Source: Octopus bimaculoides
Taxonomy: Eukaryota
Assembly (NCBI RefSeq): GCF_001194135.2
Contig: NC_068995.1
Span: 12,082,759-12,146,758 of the forward strand
Reading direction: 5' to 3'
Length of the DNA stretch: 64,000 nucleotides
Shown piece by piece: positions 1-11,480 of the stretch (its first letter is position 1; every line of letters begins with the position of its first letter). The notes beneath the pieces are model-generated. The model searched no databases. It saw only the letters and a program-made list of their open reading frames with translations, and had not been told where the DNA came from. Both the position numbers and the translations under genes were made by a program.

Positions 1-494
1 ATATATATATATATATACGTACATGTTTAGAAACATAATATGCAGCGTAATTGCACACAATTCAGCATAGTCGCATTTGAAATATATAGTTGATCGCTTT
101 TTCTCTCTCGTTTTGACCTTCATCTTACCCATTGGAGATTCACAGTACGGGCTGCGGTAAACAACTTTCCCGTAGCTTAATGCAAAACGTGGCAAGAAAA
201 ACCTACCCTCGGGTGATTTGCCTGAGTCACCATTCAACCCATGTATGCCTGCACGTCACAAGTTTACCTTTACAGAGCTGAGTGAACTGGAGGAATGTGG
301 GATTTTTTCTGTTTGGCTGCCAGTTTTTAATTTCTCTAATTTAGTTCCAAATGATTTCAAACCTGGTGTATAGATGTAGCTTTGTATGAACAATATTAAC
401 GTGAAATTCATTTTCGGCATAAACCAATAGATAAACAGTTAGTAGTTTCTAAAGTTTGCAAATTTTCGGTAATTTTAGCCAATCGTAAGCCATA

Positions 495-605
495 GACATA
501 CAGCTTCAGGTATTCGACTCATGATCAGGAGTTCGATTCCCAGCGGCGCGTTGTGTTCTTAAGCAAGTCACTTCGTTTCACGTCGCTATAGTCTTACTCA
601 GTGTA
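495..605 (+). mobile_element. SINE head plus CORE fragment
   Basis: ggagttcgattccc...ttgtgttcttaagcaagtcacttcgtttcac; matches 3520-3625 inverted. Confidence 0.75.
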
Positions 606-1029
606 AGGATAGAGTTGACCATAAATGGATTAAATTTGATTATAGGTCTGCTTGACATCGTGGCTTTCTACGGTTACACAACATACAATTATAAAACACC
701 CTATATATATATATATATATATAAATTTAGTAAATGGAGTAAAACGCATATGTTAACTGAATACTTTTATTTCCAACATATGTTTCAAAGATTACAAATT
801 ATGCCTTCCATAGCAATAGGTGATGTTGATAAGAATGTAATCTCTTCAGGGAAATGCATGGGGACCAGCTTAAACCTAAGACATTTTAACCGAATATGAG
901 AACTGTAGTTGGAGAAGGTTGTTACGTAATTTATTTGAAAAAGCAAATTTATTTTGTCCGAGTTAATTATTAACTAGGAGAAAATAAATACATATAATAT
1001 ATNNNNNNNNNNNNNNNNNNNNNNNNNCA

Positions 1030-1049
1030 GCGATCTATCTGTATATATA

Positions 1050-1080
<31 letters not shown>

Positions 1081-1227
1081 GTGTGTGAGTATACATGCAA
1101 ACACACACACGCATATACATATATAATTAGTGTACATTTAAACACAAATTTAGAGAGAACGGGGGATAAATAAATAGATGATAGGTAAATATAAATACGT
1201 GTATGTGTATGTGTATGTATATAAGTG

Positions 1228-1277
<50 letters not shown>

Positions 1278-1413
1278 GAGAGACAGAGAGAGAGACAGAG
1301 AGAGAGAGAAGCCTGTGAAATTTGAAGTTACATGGATTCGAATCAACCTGTTTTAAATGATAAAACACACACACGTGTATATATATTATATGTGTGTGTA
1401 TGTGTTTGTGTAC

Positions 1414-1485
<72 letters not shown>
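1030..1485. repeat. Compound (TA)/(TG)/(AG) microsatellites
   Basis: Direct inspection. Confidence 0.95.
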
Positions 1486-1486
<1 letters not shown>

Positions 1487-1804
1487 CATATACAAAAACA
1501 TACACGCGAATGCGTACGCTCACATTTACACACAGACATATAAATACATACAAACACAGACGTACACACGTATGTATAATATACTTGACTACACATATAG
1601 AATTCAATTGCGCACGTCTATGTTATTTGTAGCATTATTCTTTAAGTCCATACCCTCAGCTGCACAACTCTAACACTACAACAACAACAAAGTTGACTCC
1701 TGGCTTCATAAACAACATATTCTAAAGTAATACTTAGCAAATCCATTATCTCACTTTTATCTCAATTTTCTCTGCTAAAACCAGAGAACATCAGAGACGC
1801 TCAC

Positions 1805-1904
1805 GATAAACCAGTGGAAAAGAACGCGAATGGATATTGTGGTCCTTGATTTCCTGCTGCACTCAAGAAAAAGGCGAATGGTTTCCGTTGGAATGCTTTT
1901 GATC
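1805..1904 (-). CDS. Candidate 100-nt exon (SKAFQRKPFAFFLSAAGNQGPQYPFAFFSTGL)
   Basis: Acceptor aacttag|, donor |gtgagc; PFAFF occurs twice with synonymous codon differences. Confidence 0.4.
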
Positions 1905-1937
1905 CTAAGTTTGTTGACCACAGAGTAAAGAACAAGA

Positions 1938-2006
<69 letters not shown>

Positions 2007-2354
2007 TATTTTCTCTTTTTCTCTCTCTGACACACACGGACAGACAGATGATAATGGCAGAAGGAATAACATAACCTGACTCTGCAACATAAACAACACG
2101 CGAAACAAAACAGGAACGACTATGTGGCACCTAGGATTGCTAGATATAGCAGTTACCCACTTTTAAAATCACAGACCGTCGAGCTTTGAAATCCGTGAAT
2201 AACAAAGTGTCAATGGATAATACAAAGGGGAAAAAATTAAGCTGGGTAATCACGGTAGGAATGTCCATTTACTCGTGGCAATCGTATTCGAGATATACAA
2301 GAACAACATGAACAAGAACAGCAGCAACAATGAAGACAGCCAACAACGACTCAC

Positions 2355-2380
2355 ATTGCAAACATGAATACATGTTAACC
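2355..2380 (-). CDS. Candidate 26-nt micro-exon (LTCIHVCN or VNMYSCLQ)
   Basis: Acceptor ttctattttaatag| and canonical donor |gtgagt. Confidence 0.35.
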
Positions 2381-2575
2381 CTATTAAAATAGAATTTAGA
2401 GCACATACTAATACATTCGCCAACAGGATACAAAACCAGCCTAAAGTCTCTTATATTTGTCAAAATACATTATATTTAGCATGTTATATCAAGACTTAAC
2501 AGGGTCATGGATATCTTTACACCAAACCATGAACAAACAGAAGTTATTACAGATTGCAACATAATCTATACTCAC

Positions 2576-2603
2576 AGACCACCGACATAATGAATGACAA
2601 AAG
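2576..2603 (-). CDS. Candidate 28-nt micro-exon
   Basis: Acceptor ttttctccttttaag| and canonical donor |gtgagt. Confidence 0.35.
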
Positions 2604-2859
2604 CTTAAAAGGAGAAAATCTATCTGGACATTTAAATGGGAACAGATTGTTGGTACTACCAGCTCTCTCACTCCGTTCCCCTTTCATGTGCAATTAGTCC
2701 AGAAATGGGTGAGATGGCGGAATCGTTAGTGTGTAAAATAAAATGCTATATATCATATTTTTTAGCCGTCTTGAATCTGACCACCACTGCACAATTCCCA
2801 AACACAAACGTACAGAAACAGCAGCAGTTGAACTCCGACCTACTTCATATTTCACTCGC

Positions 2860-2923
2860 CACCAGCAACATTGTGGCAATCAGCATAACATATAACAATT
2901 TAGGATCCATGTGCACAAAACAA
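2860..2923 (-). CDS. Candidate exon encoding a hydrophobic signal-peptide or TM-like segment (MDPKLLYVMLIATMLLV)
   Basis: ATG at 2910; donor either GTG|gcgagt (GC) or A|gtgaaa at 2855; upstream acceptor ctatag| at 2924. Confidence 0.3.
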
Positions 2924-3328
2924 CTATAGTACAGTTGCGATGTTGTGTTTCGATTTAAGGCCGATTTCTTTAAATCACATTCTACAGTTTATTATGGTAT
3001 CCCGAGTACGACAAAGAAACTATGTAATTTCATGCTGAACAACTTGCATAGATGAGTTGATTATAGGGATTAAATGGTTGGGAAGCATATCAACCCACCC
3101 ATCTCCATCGAAACTACATTACCTGTACAGGTGCGCAATGTATCACACGCAATATATATAAACCTGATCGGAGAGCAGCGTGAAATAACCTTTTGTTTCT
3201 GAAGTGCGCAACACACCACTGGGTGTAAGAATTAAAATTACGATCTCACATTTGTAAATGCAACACTAGGCTACGCGCTCTCAAACACTCTATTGTATGA
3301 AAATGAAGGCTGGTATTAAAAAAAAAAA

Positions 3329-3625
3329 TGGCACTCCGTCGATTACGACGATGAGAGTTCCAGTTTGTCCGTTCAACGGAATAACCAGCTCGTGAAATTA
3401 ACTTGCAACTGTCAGAGTGCTCTACAGACGCGCGTGTCCTTAACGTAGTTCTCAGGGAGATTTAACATAATACATAGGTCGGATCTTTGAATTACAAGTA
3501 CTACTCATTTTTGTTAGCTGAGTAAGACTATAGTGAGGTGAAACGAAGTGTCTTGCTCAAGAACACAACGCGCCGCTGGGAATCGAACTCCTGATAATGA
3601 GTCGAATACCCTGAACACTAAGACA
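3329..3625 (-). mobile_element. tRNA/CORE-type SINE carrying the family-B tail
   Basis: Reverse complement: tRNA head, ttgtgttcttgagcaagacacttcgtttcac core, then the ...cgacggagtgcca tail. Confidence 0.85.
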
Positions 3626-4227
3626 GGGACCTTCACAATTATATAGTCTAGCACAGTTCAGGACTTACGTATTATACGAAAATACAATGATATTAGCCTT
3701 CGTTCCTTTCATTTTCGATTTTCTCAATCAAAGCTGTTCAGCTTAAAACACCACAACAACAGCCATTACAGTAACCCGCCATGTTCGATATGTATTATTT
3801 TCACTAAACCCGAGCTTAAAATTAAAAGTGCCGGTGATACATGGCATTAGGCTACAAAGCTTCACCTCATTCATTTTTATTCCGAATACGAACAATAAAG
3901 GCATTGTTTTCTAGCATATATTAATATATTTATATGGAATGAATTATGGAAAAGGAATATATTGGTTTATATCAGACTGCCGTCTCTTATAAGAGTTGAG
4001 ACCCACAAAATCGAGATTTGTATTGGAACATATACAAGAAGTCAACTGCACATATGCTCACACGGGGACATGTGTGTGTGTGTGTGTGTGTGTGTGACAG
4101 AGTGAGAAAGAGAAAGAGAGAAAGATAGAGAGAGACTGAGTGTATACACACACACGATTGTATGAAAAGAGTCAACAAGCAAAATAAATAAAAGGTATCC
4201 TCATACAAACATATTTATTGGTAGATG

Positions 4228-4287
<60 letters not shown>

Positions 4288-4669
4288 TATAGATTACATA
4301 CATACATATATACACACATAATTCTAAAACCAATTAATAAATAAATGGATGAATAAAAATGTGCAAGTCTCTCTAAGATTTAAATGATGAAGAAATAAAC
4401 AGGATACCTTCATTTACAACATTGCTAGCAAGCAGGTGGCCGGTTGTAATAAGCTTTAAATTAAAAAGAGAAAGAGAATATGCGCAGGCTCTATATTAAT
4501 TTAGAGAATATGTCTGTCAATTTTTATCCAACACTATATTCTCTTATTCTTTTACTTGTTTCAGTTCATTTCTCTGCGACCATGCTGGAGCTCGCCTTCA
4601 GTCGAACAAATCGATCCCAGGACTTATTCTTTGTAAGCCTAGTACCTATTATATACTTTTCTTTTGGGG

Positions 4670-4795
4670 AGATTTCACAAAAAAAAAAACAACAAACGAA
4701 AACAGGTGGTGTAGAAAACAAACAGATGTATTAGTATAATGCTCGGGAATTGGAAAAGTCTTTAACATTTCGAGCCTACGCTCTTCCACATATAT
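4670..4795 (-). mobile_element. Second copy of the 38.9-kb repeat family
   Basis: Reverse complement matches tgtggaagagcgtaggctcgaaa...atacatctgttt...ctacaccacctg. Confidence 0.65.
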
Positions 4796-5224
4796 ATAAA
4801 TGGAACGAAAATGCAATAGAAGATAATTAAACATTCGGACACATAGACGATACACAGGCGGTTAGAGGAGACAACAATTGGAAGGACAGGCAAAAAGAAG
4901 ACAGATCATTTGTGGCCTTCTTTCTTCAATCAAGTTACCAGAAATCCTTACTGTTTTGGGCAGTTACACACACAGAGAACCGAAAGAGCTACTAATAGTT
5001 TCATGTTATTATGATATTTACGATACATGGCGCTTTTATAAATATACCTGTTCAAGTACTATAACACAATGGAAGTATTAATAGCTCTTTCGCTTGTGTA
5101 TTTAAATTATTATTTATCTCTCACTGGATGGAGTACTTGATTCGTAGATTCTACCGTTATTAGATCTTTAAACTGTTTGTGTGTGTGTGCGCGTGTGTGT
5201 ATGTGTCTGTGGGCGTTTGTGTTT

Positions 5225-5435
5225 GTGTTTATCCCCCATCACCAATTGACAACTGGTGTTACTTTGCATACGCCTCCTGAGTGATTCCATAAAAGATAGA
5301 TTTTAGAATAGACACAAGCTTAAAAGAAAATAAGTACTCAGGTCTATTTCTTCGGCTAAACCCTCCAAGGTGGTGCCCCAGCAGGGACACAATCCAATGA
5401 CTGAGGCAAGTGAAAGATTAAAAAATATAAAAATA
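5225..5435 (+). mobile_element. Degenerate SINE-like repeat (related copies: 4575-4640 minus, 38677-38850 minus, 42370-42510 plus)
   Basis: aataagtact...ggtggtgccccagca.gg..caatccaatgactga..caag motif. Confidence 0.6.
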
Positions 5436-5793
5436 TACATACATTAAAGGATGCTTATACCTTTCTAAGCGTAGAGTGTTTGCTGAGAAACTAGAGATAT
5501 AGTGTTTAATATAACATTGTATTGAAACAAAACAAACACTATTAACGCGCCAGTGATTTCATTATACATAGATCATATAATGGTATATACACACACACAC
5601 ACACACACACACANNNNNNNNNNNNNNNNNNNNNNNNNNNNNNNNNNNNNNNNNNNNNNNNNNNNNNNNNNNNNNNNNNNNNNNNNNNNNNNNNNNNNNN
5701 NNNNNNNNNNNNNNNNNNNNNNNNNNNNNNNNNNNNNNNNNNNNNNNNNNTATATATATATATATATATATACCTCTGTGTGTGTATGTAAGT

Positions 5794-5854
<61 letters not shown>

Positions 5855-6189
5855 TCGGCGTATACACATAAATACGTAAGTATAACATGTCTACCCATGA
5901 GTTTACTTACTACAAGAGAGTTGAATTTTATCTTACAGATTTACTAATTGCTCCCTGTTGTAGTCTTACTTCGTCTCAGAGCCTATCGTATTCCCATACC
6001 AACCCACTTACGATCGTAGACCACTTTTATTATATTGTTGGTATTATTGGTATGTGTTTAATCTGTCTCGTTAGCGTGGTTTCTATATCATTGGGAGATG
6101 TACATTGCTTCTTTTGATCTTCACAGCTGAAATATTTTAAATACAATATTTGGTCTTAGAAATTGTTCATCATATCTTATCCAGCAGCA

Positions 6190-6700
6190 GCAGCCTACTG
6201 CTGTTATGGTATTATTTTCCGTGGCATGATCCAAGAAGGGAAATCTCTGTTATAAGTGGTTGTTTGTATTGTTAGACACAGCAGTCAAATATTGCTCAGA
6301 TCACACCTGCTGGACTTCAATGAATAAAGAACTGACATATGTAATACATTTGCCCTACATAACACTCGATCTGTTGCGCTGTATTTTTCGTGGCCTCTTC
6401 CAAAAAGGGACTTTCTTTTCAAAGTGATCGCTTGAATTGCTAGAAAGAGCAGTGAGATATTGCTTAGATCAGTCCTCACGGTTTTAAGTGTATAGGGAAC
6501 GGATAGGTGTGATTAATGTTGCGCTGCAAAGTTCAAGATAGAAAGGGGTGTATCTTTCGTGGCATGTTCCAAGAAGGGAGTTTCTATCCTAAATGGTCAC
6601 TCGAGTTGCTAGACATAGCAGTTAGATATCTCGCTCAAAAAAAAGAAAAAACACCTGGTGGTGTTTAAATATGGAACTGACATATGTTGATAGTGTTGTG
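6190..6700. repeat. Diverged 169-bp tandem triplication
   Basis: ttYcgtggc at 6220, 6389 and 6558, followed by ccaaRaaggga and gcagtNaRatat in each unit. Confidence 0.85.
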
Positions 6701-6797
6701 CTACATACAGACACCTGGATAGGAAATGGTGAGTGACTTGCATGCGGAATGTGTTTCTTTGATCATAAGTCTTCTCAATCAAGATTGAATTGGAGCT

Positions 6798-6893
6798 AAA
6801 GAAGAAGAAGAAGAAGAAGAAGAAGAAGAAGAAGAAGAAAGTGGATGATGATGATGATGATGAAAGAGGAAAATAAGGGAAGCAGAAGTAATT

Positions 6894-6935
<42 letters not shown>

Positions 6936-6975
6936 ATAGTAGTAGTAAGTAGTAGTAGTAGTAGTAGCAGTAGTA
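6798..6975. repeat. (GAA)n-(GAT)n-(TAG)n microsatellites
   Basis: Direct inspection. Confidence 0.95.
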
Positions 6976-8003
6976 GACAAAGGAGGAGGAGATGGCAGGG
7001 ACGTGGAGGAGAGGAAAGACACGAAAAGGCGAAAAAGGATCAAGAAGGAAGAAGAAAAGAAAAGTAGGTAAAGAAGAAGGAAAGGAAAAAAGGAGAAGAG
7101 AAAGATAAGAAGCAACTGCAACAGTAACTCGTCCTGCCCCAACCGCTGCTGCTACTGTTACTGCTACTGCTATCACTACCGTCGGAACCCCCACCCCACC
7201 CCCACTTTGTTTCTTGATATCATTTTATCTTGGAGTACTGAAGTGTGTAAATTTGAAGACATGTCATTTGACAGAATGTTATTTTGCCAAATATTCCAGT
7301 AATTTACAAAGCACCCCCCCACCCCCACCGCCAAATAAATAAACTGATAATCAACCAGCGAGAGTGGCCATATGTGTTCACTCGACCTGCAAGAATTAGC
7401 ATTCAAATCAACCACAAATTGCACTTTACCATTTTTAAAATGAAGCACATTCTATATTGTTATCTACGGTGCACTATGCCTAGATAATAATGTAAGCGGA
7501 GGTCATGATTGGAATGCCTTTGATCTCAGGTTTGTTTTCTGCCGGTGCAGAATTTGTTTGTGATAAACAAGAACAACAACAACAACAACAAAAAAACGGC
7601 ATCAACTAACCTAAATGTATCGAGAATGCAAAGGTCTTAGGACAACGCAAAAAAATGCTCTCGCTGTTGCGGTTGTTGCTGCTACTGCTGTTGAAGCTGG
7701 TAAGGACAGTCAGAATATGGCGGTGGTGGTGGTTGGAGAGTCGGTGCCTCGAATCATCCCTGATGTAGCAGAGCTGTGCTTAAACATGTTCCATTCGTCA
7801 CCATTCTGTCTTTTAAAACATCATTAACGACTTCGTAGAACGTGTCCCCATTCACAAAAGCCGTAACGATGTGATCTGAGGGATATTTGGGTGCTATGCC
7901 TAGGAGATTGGGCAAAAATAAAAACATTCCCTCATTACTTAGTTATTTATCCTTCAACTGTCTCACGAATTATCATCAAGCTAATGAATTTTGTCTTATT
8001 TAA

Positions 8004-8214
8004 GACGGCGAGCTGGCAGAAACGTTAGCACGACGGGCGAAATGATTAGCGGTATATCGTCTGCCGCTACGTTTGGAGTTCAAATTCCGCCGAGGTCGAC
8101 TTAGTCTTTCATACATTCGGGATCGATAAATTAAGGATCAGTTGCGCACTAGGGTCGATCTAATCAACTGGCACCCTCTCTAAAGATTTCGGGCCTTGAG
8201 CCTAGAGTAGAAAA
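8004..8214 (+). mobile_element. tRNA-derived SINE family A (Meta-domain-like core), full length with TSD
   Basis: ggcgagctggcagaa...gagttcaaattcc...gtcgact..ctttcat..ttcgggatcgataaa; 16-bp TSD gaattYtgtcttattt at 7986-8001 and 8215-8230. Confidence 0.9.
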
Positions 8215-8780
8215 GAATTCTGTCTTATTTCGGGCACCGTTTCAAAAGATTAAACATTATTTATTAAGACACTATTGTGGGTTCAATATCTAACCCAGTC
8301 GGCACGTTACGTTCTACTGCAAAGATACACTATTTCACGCTGCTCCATTGAAAATGTGTACCAGACAATCCTTCTTGCAGTCCTCTCTTGCCCTCTCTCT
8401 CTTTCCCTCTCTGTTTGTCTGTCTGCCTCTCTCTCTCTCTCACACACACACATACACGCACACAACTTCGAAGTTAGTTATTTCAAGGATGAGATGGATG
8501 AGACAGTCTCTATAGTGGTGTCTTTTACGCAAAATTTATCTTTGATTTAACTATTCAATGACATTCTCTTTCGAATTTTTTTTTCTTCTTCTTGATTTGT
8601 GAGTATAATTTGGGGTAGATTTAGGTGCTATCTCTTTCAGATTAAACGACTCAATAGACTTTTGCTTAACCCGAGTATCATCCCTGATCCACCAGATTAA
8701 AAATACTTACAACGCAGTGGCATTCAGCAACAACCCTTAGGAACCTAGTTGTGGTATTAAATTGAACGATCGATTATTAC

Positions 8781-8852
8781 GGCTACAACACATGTCTGGG
8801 CATGTATTTATTATATGAGTGGTGAATAAATAACCAGTCTTTCCTAAGAACG
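8781..8852 (-). CDS. Candidate 72-nt exon (FLGKTGYLFTTHIINTCPDMCCS)
   Basis: Strong acceptor ctcttgtttcgtttacag|, donor gtaata; phase 1->1. Confidence 0.25.
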
Positions 8853-9025
8853 CTGTAAACGAAACAAGAGTCTGGTTCCATGGTAATTTACTTATGATGT
8901 TCTTTATACTTCAGACAAAAGGAATAATTGATTGGTTCTCTAGATCTTTGTAGTCCGTGAAAAAAATGTTAAGATTTTTTTTTAAACGTTCGAAATAATA
9001 TTGCTATTATTATAATATACAGAAA

Positions 9026-9655
9026 AGCGGTGAGCTGGCAGAATCGTTAGCACACCGAGTTAGATGCTTAGCAGCGCTCTGTATTTACGTTCTGAGTCTA
9101 AATGACACCGAATTCATCCTTTCGGGGTCGATAAATCAAGAACCAGTGATCACTGGGGCCAATGTAATCCACTAGTCCCTCCCCCCGCCACAAAAGAAAA
9201 TAAATTCAATGCCCTTGTGCCTATAGTAGAAAGGATCATATCACAAAGGAAAGAGGCGAGGTGGTAGAATCGTTAGCAGTCTGGTTGAAATGCATAGTGG
9301 TATTTTGTCTGTCTCTACGTTCTGAGTTCAAATGCCACCGAGGTCAACTTTTCCTTTCATCCTTTTGGGGTCGATAAGATAATCATAACTTTTGTGTCGT
9401 TGGATCGATGTAATCGAATTACCTTCTCCTCCAAAATTCTTGGCCTTATGCCAAAATTTGAAACCGTTAATATTATATCAAACTGGAAAGCGGTGAGCTG
9501 ACACATGAGCTATTGCAGAAAGGATCAGTAGACGACGAGCTGACAGAATCGTGAGGACGCTGCCCAAAATACTCTGTAGGACATCTGTTCTTATGTTCTG
9601 AGTTCAAATTCCGCCAAGGTCAATTTTGCCTTTTATCCTTTAGGGGTCGAATTTT
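9026..9655 (+). mobile_element. Three tandem family-A SINEs
   Basis: Heads at ~9026, ~9254 and ~9531, each with B box and core. Confidence 0.85.
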
Positions 9656-9670
9656 GGGGTAGGGGTAAAA

Positions 9671-10048
9671 TCGATTAGATCGATCCAGTACGCTACTGGT
9701 ACTTAATTTAATGATCCCGAAAGGATGAAAGGCAAAGTCGACCTTGGCGGAATTTGAACTCAAAACGTAAAGACAGACGAAATTTCCCTAAGCATTTCGC
9801 CTGGCGTGCTAACGTTTCTTATTTTTTATTGCCCACAAGGGGCTAAACACAGAGGGGACAAACAAGGACAGACAAAGAGATTAAGACGATTACCTTGACC
9901 TCGGTGCCTAACTGGTACTTAATTTATCGACCTCGAAAGGATGAAAGGCAAAGTCTACCTCGGCGGAATTTGAACGTAGTGGCAGACGAAATACCACGAA
10001 GACGAAGCATTTCCCCCGGCGTCCTAACACTTCTGCCAGCTCGCTGCC
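9671..10048 (-). mobile_element. Two family-A SINEs on the minus strand
   Basis: gaaaggatgaaaggcaaagtcgacc..ggcggaatttgaac occurs twice; the second carries the long ttgtttgtcccctctgtg tail also seen at 56440. Confidence 0.9.
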
Positions 10049-10679
10049 TACGTCTTGATATTAATAATATCAATAGTAAAATTTTATTGAATTTGATCAT
10101 AAGTCTACTCAACCAGGAATGCCCTGAGTTTATATCACAACAACGACCACAGGCATCATGTCTGAAATATGCACTTTTACATGTTATGTTTGAGTTGAAA
10201 CGAATTCGCAAATATTTAACTGAGTGACCCTCAAATATTGCAAGAGGAAAATAAAACGAAGGTACAAATATTTGTCTGTTTCAAAGCATTCATTTTTTTA
10301 CTTCACTTTATTTTCACTTTATTTTTCTGTTCAACAGATCAACTAAGTACGAATCAATGACAGCCTCCCTTACAAAAAATAAAAAGAAATAACTGATTAT
10401 TTGGTTAACCACAAAAAATATAAAATAAAATTAAAAAAAAAAACTATTGTATACTGTGAGCATTTTTTGCCATTTTCTTTTTTCTCGAGAATGAATTCGA
10501 TTGATTAATTCTTGTATTGATCGTTCTTTGATGGATCCCCATTTCAATAAGTTGAGTTGATAACCAAAATAACTACTCGCATCTTTTGCTCTTATCCTCT
10601 GTCTTTCGCTCCCTCCCTCTATTTTTCTTTCTGTCAACATTATTTCTCTCTCTCTTCCGCTTTATATCTTCTATATCTA

Positions 10680-11158
10680 TCTTTTTACCACTCTATCTTT
10701 CTCTACTTTTATCCCCACCTATCTTTCTCTACATCTGTTCCGCTACTTCTTCCTCTCTCTGTCATCTATTCACGTTCCATCTCTCCCGCTGTTTCTCTCT
10801 CGCTCTTTCTTTCTCTCTGTCATCTTTTTGCAACTCCGCTTTGTCATCTTCTCCCTCTCTTTCTCTGCTTCTGATCCACCTTTCTCTCTTTCTCTCTCTT
10901 TCTGTTACACCTCTCTCTCTCTCTGCCTCTGTTCCTCATTCTCTGTTTGTCTATCAGTCTGTCTGTCTGTGTCTCTCCCTCTCTCTCTCTCTCTCTCTCT
11001 GCCATCTACTCCTACTCTTTCTCCCACTTTCCTCTCTCACTCTTTCTTTCTCTCTGTCATCTTTTTGCAACTCTGTTTTGTCATCTTTATCTCACGTACC
11101 CCCTCTCTTTCTCTGCTTCTGATCCACCCCTCTCTCTCTCTGCCTCTGTTCCTCCTAA

Positions 11159-11196
<38 letters not shown>

Positions 11197-11348
11197 ATCT
11201 ACTCCTACTCTTTCTCTCACTTTCCTCTCTCACTCTTTCTTTCTCTCTGTCATCTTTTTGCAACTCCGTTTTGTCATCTTTATCTCACCTTCCCCCTCTC
11301 TTTCTCTGCTTCTGATCCACCCTTCTCTCTCTCTGCCTCTGTTCCTCC

Positions 11349-11392
<44 letters not shown>

Positions 11393-11480
11393 TATTTACT
11401 CCTACTCTTTCTCCCACTGTTCCTCTCTCACTCTTTCTTTCTCTCTGTCATCTTTTTCCCAATCCCTCTGTTACCTTTAT
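10680..11480. repeat. CT-rich complex tandem repeat, unit about 195-235 bp, at least 4 copies
   Basis: gtcatcttttt at 10819, 11056, 11249, 11447; ctgcttctgatccacc recurs; variable internal (CT)n. Confidence 0.9.

Noticed and set aside
129-300. Apparent 19-23-nt micro-exons on the minus strand
   Set aside because: Part overlaps a CORE-SINE remnant (ctccagttcactcagc) and the implied intron is only ~55 nt
6011-6126. Exon-like segment with gtaagt donor (CEDQKKQCTSPNDIE...)
   Set aside because: All three frames stop before the donor
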